From positions 1-64,000 of IMG/VR virus record IMGVR_UViG_3300009181_006602: a stretch of 64,000 bases of DNA. The stretch is one strand, 5' to 3'. This DNA is from a virus. The translations under genes were made by a program, and so were the position numbers. The notes under the pieces are model-generated. The model was not told the origin of the DNA, ran no database searches, and was given only the letters and a program-made list of their open reading frames with translations. Shown piece by piece: positions 38,954 to 46,581 of this stretch. Every line of letters starts with the position of its first letter. Position 1 is the first letter of the stretch.

Positions 38954-39223
38954 ATGAAAAGAAAAAAACTAAAAACGATATCAGATAATACTTGTTTTTC
39001 ACTTCATGAACATTACAATGTTGAATGTCAAAAAAAGACTTGCAACAATTGGATCAATTATTCAGAAGGAAAAAACTGTGTTGTAATATCTTCAAAGTCT
39101 GGTCCTAAAACTCTTCAGGAGATTGGTCAAATCTATAATTTAACTAGAATGAGAATTTGCCAAATAGAAAAAAATATCTATGAAAAAGTAAAAAACTTAA
39201 TCATTCAAGAAATTCAAGAATAA
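38954..39223 (+). CDS. Small Cys-rich protein with a sigma-70 region-4 HTH
   Basis: TLQEIGQIYNLTRMRICQIEK matches sigma region 4.2 (TLEEVG..F.VTRERIRQIE). Four Cys in the N-terminal half. Confidence 0.8.
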   Translation: MKRKKLKTISDNTCFSLHEHYNVECQKKTCNNWINYSEGKNCVVISSKSGPKTLQEIGQIYNLTRMRICQIEKNIYEKVKNLIIQEIQE

Positions 39224-39817
39224 TCATTTTTTGTTATTCGTCAATCTTGAAGTCTTATCTCGCTTTTTTTGCTTTGGCATTATGCTGTTGATAACCTCGA
39301 CAGCTTCTACAGCTTCTACAGATTCTACAGCTTCTACAGCTTCTACAGACTCTACAGCCTCTACAGATTCTACAGCCTCTACAGATTCTACAGCCTCTAC
39401 AGATTCTACAGCCTCTACAGATTCTACAGCCTCTACAGATTCTACAGCTTCTATAACGTCTATAGTCTCGATAGCTTCGAGAACTGCAGGAAGTACATAA
39501 GACGTATTTTCTAAGAGCTCACTTGTCTTAGTAACTTCGGCTGCTGAAGCGAAATGTAAACCATTTTTAACTTCAGCAGCTATCGTTAACTTTTCGTTTA
39601 ACGAAATATGATTAGTGACAGGTGCTAGCACGGAAGACGTTACTTTAAAAGACGATTCTTCTACTTTTTGCTCAGGCTCAAGTTTTAGTTTCGTCTTAGC
39701 AGATTCGTCAACAAGACAGCCAGACTTGTTAGTCTTAGTGTGACATTTTTTAGGATCTAATTCTAGATTAAAAATATCAGCTAATATTGCTTTGTTGTGC
39801 GCAGGCATAAAAATCAA
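39224..39817 (-). CDS. Hypothetical low-complexity protein with (VEAVES)n repeats
   Basis: ORF overlaps the upstream Hc1-like gene; repeat is in frame. Confidence 0.6.
   Translation of the reverse strand: MIFMPAHNKAILADIFNLELDPKKCHTKTNKSGCLVDESAKTKLKLEPEQKVEESSFKVTSSVLAPVTNHISLNEKLTIAAEVKNGLHFASAAEVTKTSELLENTSYVLPAVLEAIETIDVIEAVESVEAVESVEAVESVEAVESVEAVESVEAVESVEAVEAVESVEAVEAVEVINSIMPKQKKRDKTSRLTNNKK
39300..39455. repeat. 9/18-bp tandem repeat (GCC/GAT/GCT-TCTACA)n
   Basis: About 17 consecutive 9-bp units. Confidence 0.95.
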
Positions 39818-40002
39818 TCTTTCTTATCAGTCTCAATTGTCAACTTAACAAGCTCTTTAGACTTTGTTTGAAGTTGACGAAGACCTTTTCTAGCCCGAAC
39901 GCCTGCTGCGGCTGTACCGTTCGCATTTTTTAACATGTCTGGTTCGAGAGCTTCAACTAGCGTCTTAAATTCGTTCCACTTATCTAAAACTGTATTTTCC
40001 AT
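39814..40002 (-). CDS. Histone H1-like (Hc1-family N-terminal domain) small protein
   Basis: NGTAAAGVRARKGLRQL..KSKEL matches the Hc1 motif G(N)KAAG.RARK. No lysine-rich tail. Confidence 0.75.
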   Translation of the reverse strand: MENTVLDKWNEFKTLVEALEPDMLKNANGTAAAGVRARKGLRQLQTKSKELVKLTIETDKKD

Positions 40003-40063
40003 ATTTTTTTCCTAAGCGTATCTAGAACATATTCATATAAATTGTGTAACAGTAAATATAAAT

Positions 40064-41710
40064 TCAACAACTAATATTAAACTCTTTTAGAAATAGGTTT
40101 CTATTCATTTTATAAAATCTTTCCCAATCGCTATCGAGAATATAAGACGCGGCATGGTCGGTTTCATTTCTAATAGATCTGCCTAAGGATTGAATGATAG
40201 ACTTAGCAGTCATATAAGAATACCACTTTTCGTTTTTTTCCATGCGCTTCTTAACCACTAAACTACCGAGGTAAGGAAAAGGCACTTTACATATAATCTG
40301 AAATCTACTTAAATCATCCCGTAAGTCTACGCCTTCCATCATTGATGGACTTAACAAAACAGTCGGATCTTTACTACTAATATGAATATTTAAAACTTCG
40401 TCTCTATTAATCGAATCATGAAGCAATAATCGAGGGGAGTTAATATTCTCCTTGACGTATTTCGCAATCCTATAGTTCGTACAATGAATGATACCTTTGT
40501 CATTTGAGTGCTTCTCTAAAAGCATCTTAACAGTTTCTACCATAACGGGTAATGTTTTATCTATCATGGATTTTGACATACTTCCAACAGGAATATAATG
40601 AATTGGTCTATTTTCTATCGGAAATGGCGAAGGAATAGACAAGTAAGCTACATCGTTTAAATCTAGACCTAGTGAAGAACAAAAAATGTTTTTATCTACG
40701 ATAGTAGCAGACATCATGAGTATCCTGCCTCCAAGCTTAAAAAGTGTATCATGACTATAAGGAGAAACATTGATAGATTTAAATTCGTATTTCTTACCTG
40801 CATTTTTACTATCAGATGCTGGGATAGCTACGTTCATCGTCCAGTTTTCAGTATTATAAACCTCAATAAATTTATCGATTTTATTAAGATGTTTATCTAG
40901 TAACTCATATTGTTTTGAATAAATTCCGTATCCTTCAATATCATTACTAAGTTTTAATAGCGACTTTTCTATTGAGCGCATATGCTTTTTTAGTGCCTTT
41001 AGATAAGTCGTCTTTACCCATTCGTGGATGATTGTTTGCGAATCTGAGCGTGGTGGTTTACACTTAACAATATCTCTCGCAAACTTTTCAGAAAAAGTAA
41101 CTTCGATAAATTTGCTTAATTCAGATTCTGTATTGTGAGCTTCATCAATAACCAATAACGCTCTAGGTTCTAATTTGCCTGAATATGCAGATTCAGCAAG
41201 AATATACGGAAAATTCGTTATAGAAATAGGCGAGTCAATAAACTGTTGCTTTTCTATTGAATATGGACAATTAGTCTTGCAATGCTTTTGAAATTCAGTA
41301 CCTACCAACTGTTTTGTCAATTTAGACAACACTCTTTTAGATTCTGCGCAGGTTTGATCTTCATAAAACCCACAATGATAATTACTGGAAGACTTGATAG
41401 ACTTAACTAGATTTTTCTCTGACGTCGGTCCAAAATCGTTTAAATACTGTTGTTGCAATATTTTTTGTGTAGTGACGATATAAGTCCCTGTGAGCGTGTC
41501 ACCATTTTGATCGCGTAAAGAAGATCCATGCGCATCCATATATCTAGCTACACATACGCCCGTAGCTGATTTACCTACGCCTGTGCCTAGTTCTAGGACT
41601 ACGTATTTTTTCCCGCTTTCGAATGCATCAAGAACATATTCAATAGCTTTTCCTTGTTCGGGTCTAATTTTTGAGAAAGGAAAGTATCGTATATAGTCAT
41701 GAAGAGGCAT
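40064..41710 (-). CDS. DinG/Rad3/XPD-family SF2 helicase
   Basis: Q-motif RPEQ, GTGVGKS, DEAH, MSAT, EGVD, KVPFP, QSLGRSIR. Cys cluster (C...C...C.TNC) suggests an Fe-S site. Confidence 0.92.
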   Translation of the reverse strand: MPLHDYIRYFPFSKIRPEQGKAIEYVLDAFESGKKYVVLELGTGVGKSATGVCVARYMDAHGSSLRDQNGDTLTGTYIVTTQKILQQQYLNDFGPTSEKNLVKSIKSSSNYHCGFYEDQTCAESKRVLSKLTKQLVGTEFQKHCKTNCPYSIEKQQFIDSPISITNFPYILAESAYSGKLEPRALLVIDEAHNTESELSKFIEVTFSEKFARDIVKCKPPRSDSQTIIHEWVKTTYLKALKKHMRSIEKSLLKLSNDIEGYGIYSKQYELLDKHLNKIDKFIEVYNTENWTMNVAIPASDSKNAGKKYEFKSINVSPYSHDTLFKLGGRILMMSATIVDKNIFCSSLGLDLNDVAYLSIPSPFPIENRPIHYIPVGSMSKSMIDKTLPVMVETVKMLLEKHSNDKGIIHCTNYRIAKYVKENINSPRLLLHDSINRDEVLNIHISSKDPTVLLSPSMMEGVDLRDDLSRFQIICKVPFPYLGSLVVKKRMEKNEKWYSYMTAKSIIQSLGRSIRNETDHAASYILDSDWERFYKMNRNLFLKEFNISC

Positions 41711-41762
41711 AAGTATATACTACGACTATTACGAAAAACTTTGCACCAGTTACATCAAGAAT

Positions 41763-42359
41763 TTATTCGGCGCCGATAATTTTATCTACAATTCCCATTT
41801 CAACGGCTTGTTGAGGCGTCAAGAAAAAGTCATGACCAGCTTTCATAAGTTTGTCAATATTTTCTTTTTTCATCTTTGTTTCTGACATGAGAGCTGTAAC
41901 CATTAGTTCATGCAATCTTTCAAATTCCTTCATTTCGTTCATGGCCTCGAATACGTTGCCAAGCACTCCACCTGAAATAGGATGAATCATAATTCTAGCA
42001 GAACGTCCTATCATTCTCTTGCCTTTGACACCAGAAGCAAGAAGCAAAACACCGGCTGACATAACCTTACCTAATGCTATGGTATAGACATCGCATGGGA
42101 GGAATTTAATGGTATCATAAAGAGAGAACATCTCATCGACTGATCCACCATAAGTTGAAATTACAAGATGAATTGGTTTGTGATTTTGATTTGCGAGATG
42201 AAGAAGTTGAACAATTACGCTGGATATTGAGTGTTCATTAACTTCCCCATGAAGAACTACCAGTCTATCATCAGCGCCATGGGCGAGACTAGAGACGTAG
42301 TACGAATCATCGCTACTATTTGATTTATTTTTATAAGCTGCGCTAACTGATCTACCCAT
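41763..42359 (-). CDS. clpP: ClpP-like serine protease subunit
   Basis: ISTYGGSV, GKVMSAG (catalytic Ser), IMIHP (His), HDFFLTP..AVEMGIVDKI (Asp). Confidence 0.92.
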   Translation of the reverse strand: MGRSVSAAYKNKSNSSDDSYYVSSLAHGADDRLVVLHGEVNEHSISSVIVQLLHLANQNHKPIHLVISTYGGSVDEMFSLYDTIKFLPCDVYTIALGKVMSAGVLLLASGVKGKRMIGRSARIMIHPISGGVLGNVFEAMNEMKEFERLHELMVTALMSETKMKKENIDKLMKAGHDFFLTPQQAVEMGIVDKIIGAE

Positions 42360-42594
42360 TGTGTATTCCTTCGTATATACCAGCAATCGTTAAGTTTGGT
42401 ACTAACTCTTTTAAAAAGCCAGAAATATTCTGTGCCTTTTCGATATCTTCTAACTCTAAACTCAAATAATACATAATGAGATATTTTTGTCTTTCTGATA
42501 TTCCAAATTGATATATCTCACCAATAATTTTACGAGCAATAATGCTTTCTTCAGCTAGTTTATCTGCATTTGTTGAACCATAAAGTTCGCTCAT
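42352..42594 (-). CDS. Hypothetical protein
   Basis: ORF overlaps both neighbours in an operon. Confidence 0.7.
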   Translation of the reverse strand: MSELYGSTNADKLAEESIIARKIIGEIYQFGISERQKYLIMYYLSLELEDIEKAQNISGFLKELVPNLTIAGIYEGIHNG

Positions 42595-43061
42595 ATTAAT
42601 AGCCCAGATGATCTAGTGAATACTTCTACTTTACAAAGAGAATCACTTAAAATTACGATATACTTACCATGAATTTCTTCACCTTCAGTTTCTGTAGTCA
42701 TAATTGCAAATTCTCCCCATTTTTTATTTTCTACAATAAATCTTGTAGCTTCCCAAGTTGCAAGATCAGCGAAACTGGCTTCGAGTACATTAGCAAAGTT
42801 AGGGTGCAAAGATGATTTGATGTCTTCAATTTTCATTAAAGAGTTCATGTTTTCCTTGGTGGGTAATACCTCAGACTTACACACATCGGTAACCTTATGT
42901 ATGATTCCGCAATTGTTGCATTGCGCATATTTAGCAACAACATTCTCATCGTCATCTAGAACTGAAAAAACAACAAATTGATGTGGTGGTGGATTCTCTA
43001 ACTTTTTAAATTGAGGTAGAACGCAGCGACACCTAATAAGATGTTTTTGTCCTCTACTCAT
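42591..43061 (-). CDS. Hypothetical protein with a putative Zn ribbon
   Basis: CRC...CNNC motifs; ATGA-coupled to neighbours. Confidence 0.75.
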   Translation of the reverse strand: MSRGQKHLIRCRCVLPQFKKLENPPPHQFVVFSVLDDDENVVAKYAQCNNCGIIHKVTDVCKSEVLPTKENMNSLMKIEDIKSSLHPNFANVLEASFADLATWEATRFIVENKKWGEFAIMTTETEGEEIHGKYIVILSDSLCKVEVFTRSSGLLI

Positions 43062-43321
43062 TTTTTCTTTTTTGGCGTTTCGTCGGTGACGCCTTCCACG
43101 AACGTTGTCTTCAACGAACGTTGAAAATTACTTAAACCTCTTTGATAACCTTGTGTTATAGAAATATCAACCATATCAACCACCAGTCTAAGTTGGTCAT
43201 CTGTTAATTTTTGTCCGAGTGCGCCGGTGCTATTAGCAGAACTTAAATTAGCTTTAGTTAAATCTTTAGAATAATTAAGTAAGTTCAAAACTTCTTTAGA
43301 AACTTTATCTATTTTGTTCAT
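43058..43321 (-). CDS. Hypothetical protein
   Basis: First gene of the coupled operon that ends in clpP. Confidence 0.7.
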   Translation of the reverse strand: MNKIDKVSKEVLNLLNYSKDLTKANLSSANSTGALGQKLTDDQLRLVVDMVDISITQGYQRGLSNFQRSLKTTFVEGVTDETPKKKK

Positions 43322-43387
43322 TTGTGTACCGTATAAAAAGAATAATGTATTTATTGATGCAGGTAAACGTCGGGAGCCAGAAATACT

Positions 43388-44560
43388 ATGAAAACATTAA
43401 AACAAGAATATAAATTAAAAAAAATAAATGAGCTTAAGCACAGAGTAAGGAAATCAGAACTAATCTTAATAGAAAACGATAAAGATATTCAAACGTCTTT
43501 GCTGCTCGAGGCGCTCGATGAGGATGAGTATAAAAAGGCTACAGAAGTCATAGAAAAACTTAGAAAAATTTCTGGCGTAGCTAAAAGTCTGAATTTAAGC
43601 ATATTACCTAAAGCTATAGAGGATTGTGTTAAGGATATAAATACATTCGCTGGTGGCGACTTCAAAACAAAGGCTATGGGACAATTGGCTTCTTTATTTA
43701 GCAAATCAGCTCCTTCTAGTAACCCTATATTAAAAGGATTGTCTTTTGCTAGCGCACTAGAAGCTGGTTTTAAATCACTTCAAACAGTCGTAAAAAATAA
43801 CATCAAAGACATTCAAAACAAGATGGACGTTTCGATCATCAAATCATCGGAAGAAGATCCTGCGATACAAAAAAACATCTCTAATGCGCTGACTAAATCA
43901 TTTATACCAGCCGGTGTATTCGGAAAGTTATTCGGTAAAATTCCTTATATTGCTGATTCTAAAAAATTGATCGAAGAAATAATGACATTAACGCCTGACC
44001 AGATTAATCAGATATATGAGCCGCTCAATAGCGGTACTAAGGCCGCTGATGTCGATCAAAACATAACAGACGAAGATGCCAACGATGCTGCAGCTAAAGA
44101 AATAGGAGACAAAGAAGGCGGTAAGGAGGCTGGCGAAGATGAAGCTAAGGAGACTAGTTCTGGTAAATCACAAAAAGGTAAAGCAAAAGATGCGCTAGTA
44201 AGTGCAACACAAAAGGCTGCGAAAAGTGCTGGCATAACTGATGGCGAGGCTATGAATTCTTTAATGAAAGAATTAGGTTATGAACTAGGCTCTTTCGAGG
44301 GGTCTTTAGTCGCACCTGCATTAACAGAGTTGATGGCAGATAAAAATATAGATGCTGATCAAATAGACGGATTCATTAAGGGCATGATGACGGATTTTGA
44401 AACAGAATTTAAAAATGATATTGATAAAAAAATAAAAGCAAACGCTGACAAAATTAAAAAGGACGCAGCTGCTAAAGCTAAAAAAGCCAGTGGTGATTCA
44501 AAGAAAACACCTAGCGCTGCTGAAATTCAACAAGCTTTTATAGACAGCGTAGAGGTGTAA
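43388..44560 (+). CDS. Hypothetical helical K/E/A-rich protein, possibly an internal head protein
   Basis: Lone plus-strand gene with SD GGGAG; early LIE and LLE sites; own terminator. Confidence 0.75.
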   Translation: MKTLKQEYKLKKINELKHRVRKSELILIENDKDIQTSLLLEALDEDEYKKATEVIEKLRKISGVAKSLNLSILPKAIEDCVKDINTFAGGDFKTKAMGQLASLFSKSAPSSNPILKGLSFASALEAGFKSLQTVVKNNIKDIQNKMDVSIIKSSEEDPAIQKNISNALTKSFIPAGVFGKLFGKIPYIADSKKLIEEIMTLTPDQINQIYEPLNSGTKAADVDQNITDEDANDAAAKEIGDKEGGKEAGEDEAKETSSGKSQKGKAKDALVSATQKAAKSAGITDGEAMNSLMKELGYELGSFEGSLVAPALTELMADKNIDADQIDGFIKGMMTDFETEFKNDIDKKIKANADKIKKDAAAKAKKASGDSKKTPSAAEIQQAFIDSVEV

Positions 44561-44577
44561 GAGTCATATAATAAATT

Positions 44578-44610
44578 AATCCGTATTCTTTAGATGCGGA
44601 TTTTTTTATT
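44578..44610 (+). terminator. Intrinsic terminator
   Basis: AATCCGTAT-TCTTTAG-ATGCGGATT followed by a T-tract, 17 nt after the stop, between convergent genes. Confidence 0.75.
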
Positions 44611-44626
44611 AAAGAACTATAAATCG

Positions 44627-45781
44627 TTATGATATTATACAACCAAGACGATTATATTCTTTAAAAAAGGAACTGTAATAATGCTCGGCTACCTTTAGTG
44701 ACGTTAACGGATATAAGTTACCATTGTATTCAATGACACCATGGGTAGCAGCTATCTTAATCGCTCGAAGCGCTCTATCAATCATGAAACTTCTTTTATA
44801 CGTATTGTGATCTGCTTTTAACGATATTGTTACTCTATTCGATCCTAGATTTTTTATTCTTTTTGCCATCAACTCTTTCGTTGCTGTTAATTCAACTTCT
44901 AGTAATTTTTTTTGAAGTAATAATATATGTCGATCAACGTCAAGTCTAGTATTACATTTTTCTACTAAAATACCGGCTTCACTAATGTTAATATAGTCAA
45001 CACGAGGGGCTAATGATATATCGACATTGTTAATCAATTGTCCTTTTAAAGTTGATATTAGATCGCCACCAGAAACTATTGCAATATCGTTCAATAAATT
45101 AACACCGTCTAAATCATACTTGACTATAAATGGCAATATGGATAGCGAACCTCTTTCGCAGTTAACCTTGATAGTATGTGCTACATCATCAGACATGCCT
45201 CGTACAAAAAGAAAAACATTGTCCTTTATTTGTGAAGCGTCTTCTAGTATGCGATGTATTTCTGAAACTGATTCTACATATCCATCGATGCATATCACCT
45301 TAGGACCTAGATATTTCGAATTTTTTAATTTTAATATTGAAACAACATCAGGGAAAAAGCTACCATCATTTAGCTCAACTACGTCTTCATTGTGTTGCTG
45401 GTTTAATAAAACGACTTTACCGTTTAGACCAGCTAAACATATTGCCTCGTGTACAAGATCTGCTAGCCCTTTATCAACATATGTTGATATAAGCGTTTTT
45501 AAGTTAACGCCATCCAACTTTTGACAAAAGTTGTTGCAATCGATCTTGTTATTTTTATCTACGTTTAAAAGAAGCTGCAACATTAAATCAGATGCCCCAG
45601 CTGAGAGAGTCTCTACTTTGATTAAGTACGTTAACAATAAATTAGAAATCGCAGTTTTTGTGGATGTTTCAAATTTTAATTGTTGCAGCGCTTGTAGTCC
45701 TAAGTTTGTATTAAGACAATTTTTATAATTTTTTAAAATGCTAGCTAAATGTACGTCAAGTTCTTTTGTAACTATTTCCAC
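44627..45781 (-). CDS. Divergent, shortened GroEL-like chaperonin
   Basis: PKVICIDG...VSEIHRILE...FVRGMSDDVAHTIKVN..RG...LNDIAIVSGG..IS...G and KRIKNL...RALRA align with the GroEL apical/intermediate domains. No GDGTTT motif; 384 aa. Confidence 0.75.
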   Translation of the reverse strand: MEIVTKELDVHLASILKNYKNCLNTNLGLQALQQLKFETSTKTAISNLLLTYLIKVETLSAGASDLMLQLLLNVDKNNKIDCNNFCQKLDGVNLKTLISTYVDKGLADLVHEAICLAGLNGKVVLLNQQHNEDVVELNDGSFFPDVVSILKLKNSKYLGPKVICIDGYVESVSEIHRILEDASQIKDNVFLFVRGMSDDVAHTIKVNCERGSLSILPFIVKYDLDGVNLLNDIAIVSGGDLISTLKGQLINNVDISLAPRVDYINISEAGILVEKCNTRLDVDRHILLLQKKLLEVELTATKELMAKRIKNLGSNRVTISLKADHNTYKRSFMIDRALRAIKIAATHGVIEYNGNLYPLTSLKVAEHYYSSFFKEYNRLGCIIS

Positions 45782-45816
45782 ATATAGATGTTATTCATTT
45801 ATAGCGAAAAAGTACA
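45782..45816 (-). promoter_or_regulatory. Sigma70/T4-early-like promoter, leaderless geometry
   Basis: TGTACT-N17-TAACAT-N6-GTG, with no SD. Confidence 0.5.
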
Positions 45817-45818
45817 AA

Positions 45819-46358
45819 CTATGGAGAGTTTTTTATCGAACTAAAAAATAACTTTAAAACGACAGCAATAAGGCCACCTCCTAAAGCAGCACCGACCCAT
45901 TTGATGCCAGAAAATAGAACATTTTGAAACTTTTCAACATTACTCATTGAAATTTCAAGCTTTTGTATTTTTATTTGCATCAATCCAGATTCTTTTTCTA
46001 GTGTATCTTCAGCTTCGTTAGATAGTCGCTTCCACGTTGAATATTCTATAAGCTGTTTTTCTATTTCTGTCACCGAATCAATATTAGCAGCCTTGTTTAA
46101 AGCGATTCTAGAAAAAAGTCCATCATCAGGATCGTAAATCGCTTCGTGTATTTTATCAACTTTTTGAATGATTTGAGCTTGACATTTTTCTATATTATCA
46201 ACATTAAATAACAACTTATCAAATCCGCCATTTAAGGCCGGACTTATATCCAGCTTGGCATAAATATTTTTTAATAAATCCTTGGACTCTTGATCATCCA
46301 AAGAGTCGTCTTCTTTTTCGATTTTTAAAGATCTTTTATGAAAAGTTTTTTTGTTCAT
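45819..46358 (-). CDS. Coiled-coil protein with a C-terminal TM helix (holin/XhlA-like topology)
   Basis: Heptad-rich body with PDDGLFSRI, then WVGAALGGGLIAVVLKLFF. Confidence 0.6.
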   Translation of the reverse strand: MNKKTFHKRSLKIEKEDDSLDDQESKDLLKNIYAKLDISPALNGGFDKLLFNVDNIEKCQAQIIQKVDKIHEAIYDPDDGLFSRIALNKAANIDSVTEIEKQLIEYSTWKRLSNEAEDTLEKESGLMQIKIQKLEISMSNVEKFQNVLFSGIKWVGAALGGGLIAVVLKLFFSSIKNSP

Positions 46359-46405
46359 ATCGATTATTTATAAGTAACTTATAATTAAGAAAATTTTAAG
46401 ATTAT

Positions 46406-46485
46406 TTATCTTATCTTATCTTATCTTATCTTATCTTATCTTATCTTTATCTTAGATCTTATCTTATCTTTATCTTAGATCTTAG
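46406..46485. repeat. (TTATC)n array in the divergent AT-rich intergenic region
   Basis: Eight perfect TTATC units (46406-46445), overlapping a 23-bp duplication TTATCTTATCTTTATCTTAGATC at 46436-46458 and 46459-46481. Confidence 0.95.
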
Positions 46486-46581
46486 GTGTCTTTATTAAAT
46501 GTACATTTAATATAATAATTCAAAGTATAGAAACCTTCTTAACTAATTTAAGAAATATTATTAATATCAAAGAATATAAAT

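Noticed and set aside
39231-39514. Plus-strand ORFs with (STASTD)n or (YSLYRF)n repeats
   Set aside because: Antisense readings of the VEAVES repeat; the minus-strand ORF is longer and coupled to its upstream gene.
46406-46485. Possible CRISPR array
   Set aside because: 5-bp tandem units with no unique spacers; no cas genes. The same applies to the repeats at 22055 and 39300.
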